A stretch of 63,901 nt of DNA, the filler included, from Chrysochromulina tobinii (Eukaryota): NCBI GenBank assembly GCA_001275005.1. It is 11 parts of 11 records of this genome, joined end to end, with 100 filler letters (N's around TTAATTAATTAA, not from the genome) between each part and the next. Parts side by side here need not be neighbours in the genome. Positions count along the whole stretch, not along the records: positions 15,213 to 27,637 come from JWZX01000121.1; positions 27,738 to 32,635 come from JWZX01000124.1; positions 32,736 to 41,417 come from JWZX01000126.1; 8 more parts are not named here. One strand, written 5' to 3'. The notes beneath the pieces were generated by a model that was given only the letters and a program-made list of their open reading frames with translations, searched no databases and was not told where the DNA came from. The translations under genes were made by a program, and so were the position numbers. This document shows, one piece after another, positions 21,060 through 33,297 of the stretch; the first letter of the stretch is position 1, and each line of letters opens with the position of its first letter.

Positions 21060-23576
21060 TCAAAGCGAGGCTTCCACGGCGCCATCTAGGGCGCAGTGGA
21101 AGTGCTTCGGCCAGTCGTGCGCAAGGCGGTGCCACAGCTCGGGGAGTGCACTGCTGTGGATGCCCACGAAGCGAAAGGCGGCGCGCCATGTGGCCCGGTC
21201 CTGGCAGACGCCAACAATCGGGGCAAGGGCCAAGGCAGACTCGGGGGCGTCGCGATGCGGCCGATCGACGGCTCGGATCAGCAGTCGGGTTGCAGCGATG
21301 CCGAGGTGTGCTACCAAGGGGAAGCGTGTGGCGTTCGCGTCCGGTCCAAAGCCGAGTGCACCCCCGAGCTTGTGCTCGAAGTCGACCACCACGTGCACGA
21401 AACGGCCCACCTTTGTCACGGGCACAAGCTGGGCGTTCGATACGACGCTATGCGCGGTCGAGGCTGCCGCAGACTCGGCTGGGGCGCTCTGGGCGGCGGC
21501 TGCGATGCCATTGGCATGCTCCCTGGGGCGAACACGAGTAGCGGCTGTGGAACCGACGACGGCCGGCTCGTGCTCAAGTGAGATGCCATCGAGATCGGGC
21601 ACCTGCTGCGAGCTCAGGTGGAGTACAGCTAGCTCTGTGCCTGCTGGGATGACGGCGACGGGCGTGGCTGCACCGGACGTCGGGGCCAACGGAAAGGCGC
21701 AACGGAGCCCGCAGACCGCGCACACGGCTTTCCATGCACCGCCGACGAGGTGATTGGCGAGGGTGGCGTTGGCGGCGCTGGTCGTGTGCATCCCTATGAG
21801 CAACGGTAGCAGCCCTCGCTCTCGACCGGTAGCTCGACCAGTAGCTGAGCCTCTCGTGGTCGAGGGAACGCTGTCCGCTGCAGAACCGTCCTTCAGGGCG
21901 CCGCCCCCAACGAAGCATTGGAGCTCCTCGTACGCGCTGCCGCCCGCGGAGCCGACGCCGACGCCGCTGCCCCCGCCCCCGCTGCGCGCGCTGCCGGCCA
22001 CATCAGCCAGTACAGCTGGGGCGCCGCCTCCAAAGGCGAGCGGCGCAGCGCTCAGCTTTGCGGTGCCCACGAAGCCTTCACGCGTCATCTCCCTGCAGAG
22101 CATCCTCACCAACTGGAGCAGGTCCTTGGCAGCGTGATTCGCTTGCACCATGTGCGCCCAACGCTCGCGCGCACCCGCCGCATAGCGTGCGCGCGCCGTG
22201 GCAGACGTGAGGAGAGTTTCAACGGCCGCGGTGAAGCTGTGCACGTCATCGGCGATGATGGCCGTGCTGCCATTGGGCGTCGCCTCAACCTCGAAGGGCG
22301 AGATGGCGGCGCTCGTGATTACAAGCGGCAATCCGAGTCGTAACGCCTCGTACACTTTGGTGTTGATGCCCGTGGTCCGTAGCACAGGCACCACCATCGC
22401 CGCCCAGCTCGCAAGCTCTGCATCGAGCGCCGCCTGGCTCACGAAACCGAGCTCATCAATCCCATTGGCCGCTTCGACGCCCATGTACCGCGTCGCCCAT
22501 GCCCAGCCGCAATGCAGCTCCCGTGCCTTGTCGCACGCGCGCTCTTGCCCGTCGACACTCACCCGGTAACCAGGTCGCTGTCCCACGATGCGCAGGCGGA
22601 GTGCCGGGAACCGTGCCCGAAGCGCCGGCCAGCATTCGTTTAGGAACCATTGCACCGCCAGGTGGTTGGTCGGCGTGAAGCCGTTGCCCAGGAAGCCGAC
22701 GCGCGGCATCCCCAGCGAAACGGAAGCAGAAGCGACAGGGGCGCCAACGGTGCTGCCCCCGCCGCTGCCGCTGCTGCTGCTGCCATTGTCGGCACTGTCG
22801 CTACTGCCCCCGCTGCTACTGCCCCCGCTGCTGTTCACGCCCGAGCTTCTCTCTGAGAGCGCGAACCGCAGAACGCCGAAGCGCGCCACGAAGGGAAAGG
22901 CAGCCCGCTCAGCCATGCTATCGGCGCTCGTGATGTGCAGCAGCAGGTCAGACAACGCGTAGGCCGTGGCCTCCCGATGCGCGTGCTGCGTGGCGCGCGC
23001 CGAGTAGTTCGACGAGAGGCCTGGGTGGCTCTCCCAGCTCGCAAGCCATGCGTCGCGTTGTGCATGCGCATCGTCGGAGAGGACCGCCACAAATGGGCGG
23101 TGGCCGCGCGGAGAAAAGGCATGCAACGCCGGCAGCACCAGCTCACCCACGTTGGGCTTCGGATCGTGCCAGAACCAGAAGAAGACGAGCACAGCGTTGA
23201 ACCAGCCTTGCGAGAAGAGCCTCGCGAGCTGAGCTGAGCCCGAGTGTTCATACATCGCCGGCGGCGGCAGCTTTCGCACATCCTCGCGCAGCCACTCTTC
23301 ACGGTAGCCGCGTGGAATTCTAAGCAGTGTCGCCATCTCGCTCGACGATGGCGAGCGCTTTGCGATGGGCGTGTGCGAGCGGAAGAACAGAGAGACCTCC
23401 AGGCCGAGGGCGAGCAGCCCGCGGATGATGCCAAGCAAGCGTTCGTCACAGCCCATGGGCTGCAAATGCTGCTCGTGCACGATCAGTATTCGCAGCGGCT
23501 GACGCCCGTCGCAGTCGGCCGAAAACGTCTGCGCTGCGACGCAGGCGAGCAACGCACAGCCCATGACGTACAACAT
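21060..23576 (-). CDS. Secreted GT-B (GT4-like) glycosyltransferase
   Basis: Signal peptide [57 protein letters not shown] (Glyco_trans_1_4-like). Confidence 0.75.
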   Translation of the reverse strand: MLYVMGCALLACVAAQTFSADCDGRQPLRILIVHEQHLQPMGCDERLLGIIRGLLALGLEVSLFFRSHTPIAKRSPSSSEMATLLRIPRGYREEWLREDVRKLPPPAMYEHSGSAQLARLFSQGWFNAVLVFFWFWHDPKPNVGELVLPALHAFSPRGHRPFVAVLSDDAHAQRDAWLASWESHPGLSSNYSARATQHAHREATAYALSDLLLHITSADSMAERAAFPFVARFGVLRFALSERSSGVNSSGGSSSGGSSDSADNGSSSSGSGGGSTVGAPVASASVSLGMPRVGFLGNGFTPTNHLAVQWFLNECWPALRARFPALRLRIVGQRPGYRVSVDGQERACDKARELHCGWAWATRYMGVEAANGIDELGFVSQAALDAELASWAAMVVPVLRTTGINTKVYEALRLGLPLVITSAAISPFEVEATPNGSTAIIADDVHSFTAAVETLLTSATARARYAAGARERWAHMVQANHAAKDLLQLVRMLCREMTREGFVGTAKLSAAPLAFGGGAPAVLADVAGSARSGGGGSGVGVGSAGGSAYEELQCFVGGGALKDGSAADSVPSTTRGSATGRATGRERGLLPLLIGMHTTSAANATLANHLVGGAWKAVCAVCGLRCAFPLAPTSGAATPVAVIPAGTELAVLHLSSQQVPDLDGISLEHEPAVVGSTAATRVRPREHANGIAAAAQSAPAESAAASTAHSVVSNAQLVPVTKVGRFVHVVVDFEHKLGGALGFGPDANATRFPLVAHLGIAATRLLIRAVDRPHRDAPESALALAPIVGVCQDRATWRAAFRFVGIHSSALPELWHRLAHDWPKHFHCALDGAVEASL

Positions 23577-23718
23577 CGCTCTGACTCGCGAAAAGCTCGG
23601 GTTTCGTGCGCCTTTCAAAGTATCATCCTCTAAATGTATTCCAGAGCCCGCCACTGCTTGCAAGCAAGTTTCACGTTTCATTTCACAGCGCCTACCGGCG
23701 ACGCGTGACGACTTGGAC

Positions 23719-25143
23719 ATGGCGGCCTCCACACCATCGGCGCTCGAGCAGGCGTGCCTGCGCAACCTCAAACGGACTCGCGAGATGTATCTAGCGAACT
23801 ACGGTCAGCGGGTAGAGGCCAATGAGGCCACCGCCTTTCTGCGCACGTCGATCATGCTGAACTCGGAGTACAAGCTTGTCAAGGACCTGCCTCCCATTGC
23901 GGCGGGCGGCGCCGCGGCATCGGTCGTAATGGCACATGCGGCCGTGGCCGCCGCCTCTTTCGGCGGCGCCGCCGCTGCTGCTTCCGATGGGCCACTCTTG
24001 CTTCAGGATCGCAGAGATGGTGGCCTCGGTGGGACCGTTAGGCCGAGCACGGCGGCCGAACGGCTGGCTGGTCCGCCGTCGACCGCCGTCGTCGCGGCCG
24101 CCTCGACGTCCAACTCGACGACGCTTATCCCGCGCAGCCGCGCCTCGCGCCCAGTGGTGCAGCCAGAGTGGCACGCACCGTGGAAGATGATGCGGGTAAT
24201 CTCGGGCCATCTGGGATGGGTGCGAGCGATCGCGGTGGACCCGACTAACGAGTGGTTCGCGACGGGTTCGGCCGATCGCACCATCAAGATCTGGGACCTC
24301 GCCTCGGGTACGCTCAAGCTCACGCTCACGGGCCATATCTCGACAGTGCGCGGACTGGCAGTGAGCAGCCGCTCGCCCTACCTCTTCTCATGCGGTGAGG
24401 ACAAGATGGTCAAGTGCTGGGACCTCGAGTACAACAAGGTAATCCGGCACTACCATGGACACCTCTCGGGCGTATACTCGCTCGCTCTGCACCCGACCCT
24501 CGACCTGCTGGTCACGGGCGGGCGGGACTCAGTCGCGCGAGTGTGGGACATTCGCACCAAGAATAATGTGCACACGTTGACTGGGCACGAGCAGACGGTG
24601 GCGGGGCTCGGGGTGCAGGCGGTCGAGCCGCAGATCATCACCGGCTCGATGGACTCCACCGTCCGGTTGTGGGACCTTGTGGCCGGCCGTGCAATCGCCG
24701 TGCTCACCAACCACAAGAAGGCAGTGCGCGCGATCGCGATCGCTCCGCATGAGTATTCGTTCGTCTCGGCTTCGGCAGACAATCTCAAGAAGTGGAAGTG
24801 CCCCGAGGGCGAGTTCATGCACAACATCACCGGCCACAACTGCATCGTGCACACGTGCGTCATCAACCAGGACAACGTGATGGCCACTGGCGGGGACACT
24901 GGCGCGCTCCATCTTTGGGACTACAAGACCGGACACAACTTCCAGACGCTGCAAACGATCGCTCAGCCCGGTTCGCTCGAGTCCGAATGTGGCATCATGG
25001 CGACCGCCTTCGACCAGACGGGCAGCCGCCTCATCACAGGCGAGGCCGACAAGACAATCAAGATGTGGAAGGAGGACCCCGACGCCACGCCCGAGACACA
25101 CCCTGTCAACTACGAGCCGCCGCGCGACCGGAAGCGGTACTGA
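23719..25143 (+). CDS. PLRG1: Pleiotropic regulator 1 / Prp46 WD40 splicing factor
   Basis: [68 protein letters not shown]. Confidence 0.95.
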   Translation: MAASTPSALEQACLRNLKRTREMYLANYGQRVEANEATAFLRTSIMLNSEYKLVKDLPPIAAGGAAASVVMAHAAVAAASFGGAAAAASDGPLLLQDRRDGGLGGTVRPSTAAERLAGPPSTAVVAAASTSNSTTLIPRSRASRPVVQPEWHAPWKMMRVISGHLGWVRAIAVDPTNEWFATGSADRTIKIWDLASGTLKLTLTGHISTVRGLAVSSRSPYLFSCGEDKMVKCWDLEYNKVIRHYHGHLSGVYSLALHPTLDLLVTGGRDSVARVWDIRTKNNVHTLTGHEQTVAGLGVQAVEPQIITGSMDSTVRLWDLVAGRAIAVLTNHKKAVRAIAIAPHEYSFVSASADNLKKWKCPEGEFMHNITGHNCIVHTCVINQDNVMATGGDTGALHLWDYKTGHNFQTLQTIAQPGSLESECGIMATAFDQTGSRLITGEADKTIKMWKEDPDATPETHPVNYEPPRDRKRY

Positions 25144-25368
25144 GAGTGTACTGAGATGAAACTGCGATCGTTACATGTATGCTGGCGCAGCGCGGTGAGT
25201 TGTGCATGTGAAAACCTTGACACGTGACGGTCGCCGAAACAACGTCCTACTGCGGAGGTGTTTTGAGATTACCATACGTCTTTGGAATGATGTGACGAAG
25301 CCGGAACGGACCCGCCGAGGTCGACTCACGGCAAAAAAAGAGGCACCCCTCGCCGCCCCCGTTTCCAG

Positions 25369-26406
25369 ATGCTCTACCAGGTTGTCGTCGCCCTGTCCAT
25401 CATTTCGACGGCCGCTCAGCGGCCAGCCGACCCGACTGACATGCACCTGGACCCGGCATTCCCCCAGTTCATGAAGTTCATGACGGACTTCCGCAACGGT
25501 GTCCCCTATTCGTCGGCCGCGGAGACGCTCGGTCGCTTCACCGCATTCAAGGCCAACCTGCAGCTCATCGGCGAGCGCAACGCCAAGGGTCAGGAGACGC
25601 ACGGCATCACCAAATTCGCCGACCTCACCCGCGAGGAGTTCAAGGCCCAGTACTTGACCCTGCGCCCCCCCACGGCCAACGCCCTCCGGTCCATGAAGCA
25701 GCTGGACCACCTCGTGCAGGCCAACTACACGGCGGCCTCGACCGACTGGTGCGCCAAGGGCGCGTGCACGCCGGTCAAGAACCAGGGGCAGTGCGGCTCG
25801 TGCTGGGCCTTCTCAGCCACCGAGCAGCTCGAGTCGCAGTACTACCAGACCTACGGCAAGCTCATTGAGCTGTCGCCGCAACAGCTCACCTCGTGTGATC
25901 CGAACTGCGGTGGTTGCAACGGTGGCAACCCGATCAACGCGTGGATCTATGTCAACTCGTTCGGTGGTCAGGAGTCGGAAAGTGATTACCCCTACGTATC
26001 GGGCGTCACGAAGCAGACGGGCTCGTGCTCGTCGAAGATCGCCGAAGTGACCGAGGCCGTTGGCGCGGATGTTGGCTACTTCATCGCGCAGCGTCCTGCC
26101 CAGGAGTCGAACATGCTCAAGCAGATCGGGCTGTCGCCCATGTCCATCGCCGTCGACGCCGAGCTCTGGCAGACATACACGGGTGGCATCATCGGCCCCA
26201 AATCGGGCTGCGGCACCACCATCGACCACGCCGTTCAAGTGACCGGCTACAATGCCGAGGGAAACTACTGGATCGTGCGCAACTCGTGGGGCCCCAACTG
26301 GGGCGAGAGCGGCTTCGTGTACCTCACGTACGGCGACAATGTTTGCGGCATCACCTCGCAGGCCACCATCACCGTTCCCGAGGTGGTCGGCAAGCTCGAC
26401 CTCTGA
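25369..26406 (+). CDS. Papain-family (C1A) cysteine protease with I29 propeptide
   Basis: Signal peptide, GITKFADLT, QGQCGSCWAFS, DHAV, WIVRNSWG. Confidence 0.95.
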   Translation: MLYQVVVALSIISTAAQRPADPTDMHLDPAFPQFMKFMTDFRNGVPYSSAAETLGRFTAFKANLQLIGERNAKGQETHGITKFADLTREEFKAQYLTLRPPTANALRSMKQLDHLVQANYTAASTDWCAKGACTPVKNQGQCGSCWAFSATEQLESQYYQTYGKLIELSPQQLTSCDPNCGGCNGGNPINAWIYVNSFGGQESESDYPYVSGVTKQTGSCSSKIAEVTEAVGADVGYFIAQRPAQESNMLKQIGLSPMSIAVDAELWQTYTGGIIGPKSGCGTTIDHAVQVTGYNAEGNYWIVRNSWGPNWGESGFVYLTYGDNVCGITSQATITVPEVVGKLDL

Positions 26407-26713
26407 GCCGCGCGCGAAATCCTCGGCTTTGGCGTTGCCGTGCGTCGTCGCCCATTGCCGACGGGGACCTGTGACGATGTATCATCAGCGAAATTTGGGC
26501 CAGCGGTCTGTGGATCTGAATTCGGGTTGGGCTAGACAAATGTGGCATCTGTGAGTGTGTGTCTGATTTGGCTATTCGTTTTTGTGTGCAGTGGCGCCGC
26601 GGCCGGACTACATGCGATGTACGGATCGGAGGTTTCGGAGCAGCGAGCACACATACACCGCGATACACACTCCGATACAGGCTCGGCTCGCTCTCCGCTA
26701 CCAGTGTGTCTTC

Positions 26714-27229
26714 TCAGGCGCGTGCACAGAATCCCGCCGCATACGCTGCATTCCGCATGGCGCTTACTTGAGGTGCGATGGCCAGACCCAAGGCCGTCTC
26801 CTTCTCTCGAAGAGTCGCCATCGCATCGCTGGGGAGGCCAAACGACTCGATGGCAGCCAGGAGCTCATTGACGATTGCGCCCTCTGCCGCGCCGATCACG
26901 CCTTCGCTTGCACCAGTTGGCACAGACGGTGGCACCGTGGGTACCCGAGCACCCGCGGGCTTCTCGTCGTCGTCGGCCGTGGCAACCTTGCCCTTTGCCT
27001 GCGGCGCTACTGGCGCTGGTCCCTTTGCAAGCTTCTTTGCCGCAATCTCCGCATTCTTGATCAGCTTTTTCTTCAGCGACTTGGAAAGCTCCACTGGTGT
27101 AGACGTCAGGAGCCTATTCACCTCTTCGACCTGACCAGCATCGACCGCAGCCTGGATGTCGGCTGGGATCTCTACGCTATCCTCGGCCATGTCGCCCGCG
27201 GCGTCGACCTCAGTGCGCACGCTCGCCAC
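26714..27229 (-). CDS. Hypothetical small protein
   Basis: 171-aa ORF with protein-like composition (LSKSLKKKLIKNAEIAAKK). Confidence 0.5.
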   Translation of the reverse strand: MASVRTEVDAAGDMAEDSVEIPADIQAAVDAGQVEEVNRLLTSTPVELSKSLKKKLIKNAEIAAKKLAKGPAPVAPQAKGKVATADDDEKPAGARVPTVPPSVPTGASEGVIGAAEGAIVNELLAAIESFGLPSDAMATLREKETALGLAIAPQVSAMRNAAYAAGFCARA

Positions 27230-27519
27230 AACTTGCCTGTGTGAAGATTATAAACATTGGCTGTGAAGACCAGGGGTCCCGAGCCAATGGTAACCGCACA
27301 CGTATGTACGCCGGTCCGGTGTTTTGGGTGTCGAGTAACTTGTCGAGTTATAAACATTGGCTGTGAAGAATCTTAATGCGCTGAATGTCTTGAGTTGATA
27401 CTTGAATTTGGCTGTTAAACATAAGGCTGTGGGCTATACTCAAGTTTGGTTGGTCTGTTGCGGGTAACTTTTGTTTCTTGTATTCGATTTCGTGGGTATC
27501 GGGTACGTGTATCGTACCA

Positions 27520-27637
27520 TGAACCCATAGGGTGGGGGTAGGGTAAAAGGGGTGACGGGGGGTTTCCTATACAAATTGGGGGGAGTTTCCTATACAATAC
27601 GTATCCTGATGTATCCTACATGTATCCTGAATGTATC
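27520..27637. repeat. G-rich tract and (ATGTATCCT)n short repeats at a contig end, probably a repeat-element terminus
   Basis: GTTTCCTATACAA twice, four GTATC(CT) units, abutting the gap. Confidence 0.45.
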
Positions 27638-27997
27638 NNNNNNNNNNNNNNNNNNNNNNNNNNNNNNNNNNNNNNNNNNNNTTAATTAATTAANNNNNNN
27701 NNNNNNNNNNNNNNNNNNNNNNNNNNNNNNNNNNNNNGAGATGTCGTGACGAGGCGGTGCCCGCCAGGCTCAGATATCACCTGTGAGGCCAGGTGGCAAC
27801 CACCGACGGCAGGATGCGAGTTATCTAATTGCGCCCGCGCAAACGGCCATGCGAGGGAGGTGTGGACGGCTCCGACGTGTCGGACATTTGCGAGAACTTC
27901 GATCGTGGTGAACAAAAAGGATTGGTGTGAATGCGGATATGTGCCTGCGTGACTTCTATCACGCTGAGACGTTCGAAGTCCAGGTTTGAAACACACA

Positions 27998-28536
27998 GGT
28001 GCTTAACCCGGACTTGGCCAAATCGAAAGGGAAAGTGCCTAACCCGGACTTCGATACAGGTGCCTAACCCGGACTTCCCCCTCTGTCTTCCGAGTGCCTA
28101 ACCCGGACTTGGCCAAAATATTGGTGCGTAACCCGGACTTGGGCAAATCCCTCGGGGGGGGAAATGCCTAACCCGGACTTAGATTCCTTTGATGGCGAGT
28201 GACCCGGACTTAGACCGGGTGCCTAACCCGGACTTCAAAGCATCCTCCAAGTCCGGGTTAGGGACCGGGCACAAGTCCTTAACCCGGTCTTCACACCTCC
28301 AAGTCCGGGTTAAGGACCGGGCACAAGTCCTTAACCCGGACTTGGTCGAAGGCGCGAAAAACCAAGTCCCGGGTTAGGGACCGGGCACAAGTCCCTAACC
28401 CGGTCTTCACACCTCCAAGTCCGGGTTAGACACCCGGGCACGGGTTCTTAACCCGGACTTGGCCAAGTCCGGGTTAGGCACCTCTGGCCAAGTCCGGGTT
28501 AAGAACCCGTGCCCGAAAGAAGTCCGGGTTACGCAC
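27998..28536. repeat. Array of ~19 CTAACCCGGACTT motifs in both orientations with variable spacers
   Basis: Eight forward copies 28000-28235, alternating copies 28249-28478, then reverse copies to 28531; perfect 31-bp inverted repeat 28435-28465 / 28485-28515. Confidence 0.9.
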
Positions 28537-28643
28537 ACCACTCATTATTAATAACGCGTTGTGTGTTCCACACGTTGCTCCAAACTGTGTTCGCTCCGCA
28601 CCAGTGAACCCCCGAGGGTAGTGGCAGGGAGGTCCAGGAGGCA

Positions 28644-29999
28644 GTGCGCGCGCGCACGAGCCTCGAGCACATCCGTCAAGTGCTCACCCATGACGCTGAG
28701 GACCTGGACGATGCCAACTTAAGCGAGCACCGGAGGGCACTCAAAGCGCAGAAGGCCAAGCATGAGATTGCCCTCGCGCAAGGCGTCAATGGTGGTGGCC
28801 AACCAACGCCGACCAACGTTGAACGTCATCTTGGCCGTGCAGGACGCTTTGCTCCACTAGCACCAGCTTCTTCAAGAGCACCGGCTTCTCAGCACTGGCG
28901 ATCCTGTGACTGGCACTGACGACCCTGAGGAGAGGATGCGCAAGATGCATGCCGAGTTCCAGCGGCAGCTCGTCGTCGTGTCGGCCAAGCTGAGCAAGGC
29001 GGACGAAAAGTGCTCTGCCCAGGCGGCGCTACTCGCCGATAAGGACGCACTCATCGGAGAGCTGCGTCAACCTGCCGAGGACCACGGCGCCGGTAGTGCG
29101 GGCGTGGTGGAGGTCACGGTACAGAAGCTGGGGACGGCCCATGATAAGGTCGTGGGCTGGACTGCGCATGCATGAGATGGACCATGTACCGTAGATGTGC
29201 ATGCATATGGCCCATGATAAGGTGGTGGCTGGACTGCGCGAGGACGCGCAGGGCGTCGAGGAGAGGTTGATGGAGGTCGCTGCCGACGGGTGGCCGCGTG
29301 CGCAATGGCAGATCGTCGGCTGGGCCGTGTGCAGTCAGAACTGGACGGCGCGCACGGCAAAATGCGGCGGCTAGAAGAGGAGCTTGCACGCGCACGAGCT
29401 GTAGTGGGCGTGGCGCGTGCAGGTGCGGCGCGGCTCGAGACGCGGGCGTTGGCGCCAGCCGCGGACGCCGACGTGCAGGGCGCCGACGTGCAGAACTGGA
29501 ACGGCTCGAGGCAGCCCTGTCCGACCAGGTGGCTTGGTCGGAGCAGGAGCGAGCCATGCTCGTGTGCGCGGCACTGACTTCACTGCGCCAGCTACGTATC
29601 CACTTTGGGAACGTGCTGGGGCGCAGCCTCGAGGACGGCGAGATGGTCGCGTATAGCTTTGATGAGCTGCTGCTTATGAAGCAGCTTGGTGCCTTCGAGA
29701 GGGAGCCGTTCGTGTCGCGTCCCAGACCATCCCCAAACCCCGAGCCCATGCTGCCTGCGATCGGGCGCCCGCCGCCGCCGCCGCCGCCGCCACCGCCTCC
29801 GTCCCCCCTACGAGCCCCGGCCATCAAGACAGTGGGCGGCGCGTTCGCCTCGCTAGGGAAAAAGCTCAAGTGGCACTTCGTGCCGACCAACGCGTTGCTG
29901 AGTACGGCGGTGCCGATGTGGCGTGGACCTCTCACATGCGGCGTTGACGTGGACAGTACTGTCGGTGTGGACAGTACCATCGGGCTGCGCGACAACTGA
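28644..29999 (+). pseudogene. Degenerate coiled-coil + poly-Pro gene remnant (formin FH1/FH2-start-like)
   Basis: Coiled-coil pieces in several frames; poly-Pro followed by KKLKWHFVP..W and an early stop. Confidence 0.3.
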
Positions 30000-30494
30000 G
30001 GGAGTGAGGTGGAGCGAGAGCTCGCTGCCCACTGCCATGCTCACAGACACCTGGCCGGGTTTCCGCTTGCGGATTCTTTTCGTAACGCTAGCGGGACCGC
30101 TAGCGGAAACGCTAGCTAGCGGGGAGGGGTATAGGGGGTCCGCCCGCTAGCGGCCACTCTTGGCCCGCTGGTCACTCCGCTGTGGGTACTCTGTGGGTGA
30201 GACTAGAGAAAAACGACAAACGGGGGTGGGGAAGCCGGCGGTAGCACTCTAAACATAATGTGTGAACAACTTGTGCACAGTGTGTTAAAGCAGGCTACGC
30301 GCTGCAGCGGAAAGGTGGGTTCTAGCGCAGTAGCGCTTTAGATTGGTTGTCTTCAGGGGCGAACAACGTCAAGGGCGGCAGGCGCAACAGCTTGGCGTGA
30401 GCTAGATGCGCCGGCGGGCGGTGGAAACCATTATGCCATGCATGAGCATGCAATCCATGGGTTGCCGGCCAAAATGCATAGCGTACTTTCCTAA

Positions 30495-31571
30495 TTGAGA
30501 AGTGCAATTGAGAAGAACGATACGTCGCCTCGGAAGTGCATCGCGCATCGTGTCCTGGTCAGCGGCTTCGCCGCGTTTGTGTGCGTGCCACACTTTCGTC
30601 CTCTGCTCAGCGCGTGTGGAATGGGGATGTGCAGCGTGCCTGCCGGGACGAAGAGAAATCACAGCTGGCGGAGGGGTACCCGACAAGGGGTCATGAGCAG
30701 CGCGCAAAACAAGAACGTTTCTGTTCGTCACCAAGTTGCAGAGCCAGACCATGTGTACGGCTTTCACATGCAGGCGCACCGGAATGGATTGGCCGTGGTT
30801 CACTTGCTACATGCGATTCGCTCTTTTTATCAGCATGAGCTCATCTTTGTTGCCACGGACAACTGCTACGCCACCAACTACGGCGGGTTCAATTACAGCT
30901 CCGCGTGCGCTCGCTTTGGCTGCCATTGGACAGCCTATTCGACTGCCGCGGGGTATGGGCAAACCACCGCGAGTAACATGTCGGGTCTCACCTGGCTGAA
31001 TCGTGTGATACGATCCATGCGGAGCTGTGCTTGTGAATACCTGATCAACATGGAGGATGACACTTGCATTAACTCGCCGATTCGACAACGGCCTCCAGTC
31101 GGTGCCGTCGTCGGAGGCTTGCCTTGGCCGACGTTCAGCGAGACGTTTCTGCGGCACGCTGCAAATGTCTCGAGGAAGCCTACACACAGTTACGGACGGG
31201 AGCGCGCGCCAGTTTGGGGTTGCTCTGGGGGATGCTACTTCACAGTGCAGTTCTGGCTCCGGCTCAGGGGGCAGGCGCCTGCGCTCTTCACCAAGGAAAG
31301 CGTTGCAGCGGCCTGTGAAGCCGGCGCGCCAATGCAATACATGGACGTCGTCGCCCCGGCTGTGGCTTTGCTCGCGGGTGCCTTGGTTCGTCCGTGGGCC
31401 GCGGTAAGAGAGAAGGGCAAAGGTGTGAAAGTCTCGGAAGCGACTATGGAGCACAAGTGCCAAGCACAACTAGAACTCCGTGGCAAGCATTACTCAGCTC
31501 TGCATCCACCGACGGACCCTTGGCTCACGTGCCGTGTCCAGGTGCCACACGCTAGTCCTCGCTCCTTGTGA
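30495..31571 (+). CDS. Hypothetical glycosyltransferase-like (GT-A) protein
   Basis: IRSFY..LIFVATDN, EYLINMEDDT (DxD-like), GCSGGCYF; start codon uncertain. Confidence 0.45.
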   Translation: MRSAIEKNDTSPRKCIAHRVLVSGFAAFVCVPHFRPLLSACGMGMCSVPAGTKRNHSWRRGTRQGVMSSAQNKNVSVRHQVAEPDHVYGFHMQAHRNGLAVVHLLHAIRSFYQHELIFVATDNCYATNYGGFNYSSACARFGCHWTAYSTAAGYGQTTASNMSGLTWLNRVIRSMRSCACEYLINMEDDTCINSPIRQRPPVGAVVGGLPWPTFSETFLRHAANVSRKPTHSYGRERAPVWGCSGGCYFTVQFWLRLRGQAPALFTKESVAAACEAGAPMQYMDVVAPAVALLAGALVRPWAAVREKGKGVKVSEATMEHKCQAQLELRGKHYSALHPPTDPWLTCRVQVPHASPRSL

Positions 31572-32166
31572 CCTGATTGACTCGCTTGCTGGGTCCGAGA
31601 AGCCCGGCAAAGCCAAAACCCTCGCCACCCAAGACTGCCAAGCGAAAGAAAAGATACTAGACGCAAGGTCAGTGATTCTTTCGTTTCGAGACACAGCCTC
31701 GGACACAGTGTCGCGCACACGTCATGTTTATGGCACACGTGTTTTTAACGTAATGTCGGCCGGGCCTCGACTCGGTCCAGCTCCGGACTGGTCGTGCGGG
31801 GACTGCGACTGGCGACTGCGAGTCGGTAAATTCTAAATAACCGGTCCCACTCCCAGCAGTCGCATGCGTGTTAGAATACGCAAGCGCCGTCCCGGTAAAC
31901 GGGCGCGCAGAGTTTCCGCGCGCGAAGCGAAGAGAACAAGCGAAGTCCGAAGAGTCCATAGCACAGGACACACACGGGACACGCGGGCGCGCACGGGCAC
32001 AGTAGGGGTGGGAATACCCAGTCAGGGGGGGTGGTGAGAAAAACAAGTAGACACACCAAAAACACAGTACACAGTCTCCAGAGTTGGGAGAATGCAATGG
32101 TATATGCCCCCACTACTCTACTGCCCTACTACATGTCATATGAGCACTCATGGGCACCAACTTTTT

Positions 32167-32635
32167 TCATGGCATGCGTGCACGCTCATGCGATTGCTCA
32201 TTGGCCGCCGCGCGCGCCGCTTTCGATTCGATGAGCGCCGCGTCGCGCTCCGCCTGCGCCGCATACACGGCCGCCTGCGCCGCCGCCGCCTGCGACGCGT
32301 GCGACGAGCCGGTCGCGGCCGCGGCCGCCGCTCGCTTGGCCTCGCTCAGCTCGCGCTCTCGCGACTCGATGGCCGCCTTCTGGGCCGCCGCCTCCTTGTC
32401 CCGGAGCACTGCGCATTCGGCCTCGATGCGCGCTGCTTGTCGGCCTCGGCGCGCTGCTTGTCGGCCGCCACCATCGCCGCCGTGTGCTTGCTGGAAGTCG
32501 CCTCCTCCGCCGCCTTCGCCGCCAAGGCCGTCGCTTCCGCGCAGGCAGCTTCCGCGCAGGCAGCTTCCGCTTTCGCCCGCGCCGCCGTCGCCTCCTCCGC
32601 TTGTCGAGTGAGGTGCTGCAGCTGCGCGCGGAGCT
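32167..32635 (-). CDS. Ala/Glu-rich coiled-coil protein, 3' fragment
   Basis: Low-complexity helical sequence from the gap; internal duplication near 32430-32465 disturbs the frame. Confidence 0.35.
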
Positions 32636-33297
32636 NNNNNNNNNNNNNNNNNNNNNNNNNNNNNNNNNNNNNNNNNNNNTTAATTAATTAANNNNNNNNN
32701 NNNNNNNNNNNNNNNNNNNNNNNNNNNNNNNNNNNATCCTGTCAAAGATGCATCGCATGCAGCACTCATGAAGCACAATTATTCGAATGTAGTGTAGATC
32801 CTATTTAATATAGGTTGCCATCAGCATCACATGTAAATTTTCCTCGCCTGCGGCGCGCTCCGAAAAAAAGTCCACTTCTGCCAGGTCGGCGCGACCTGAT
32901 CTCAGCTTCACTCCGCCGCGCTCACCCCGGGCGCTCAGGCTCGAGGCCCCACGCTCCTGCACAGTCACGCACCGTGCCCCAGCCTGATGGGCAGCTCCAG
33001 ATGCGGCCGCCCCCGCCGGCCGCGCGGCGGCGCGGCGCGCGCACGCGGCCCAGCACGCGCCTACTCGTTTTAGCCTCAGTCTATTTCTCTATTTAACTAT
33101 TTTTAGGCCGCCATATATAATTATTTAACACCCGCCTTGCCCCGCCGCCCGTACCCCTGCGCAAATCGCTGCCGCGCTCGGCGCTCGCGCCACGCCGGGG
33201 TCGCGCGTCGCGGGCGTCAACGTTTACTGAATAATCGACGTCTACAGATCTCACTACAGATCGCGGGATTGACATATGACAACGAAGCAACTCTCTT

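Noticed and set aside
27998..28536. CTAACCCGGACTT array read as a CRISPR or a true telomere
   Set aside because: Mixed orientation, short repeat, irregular spacers and no tandem (TTAGGG)n.
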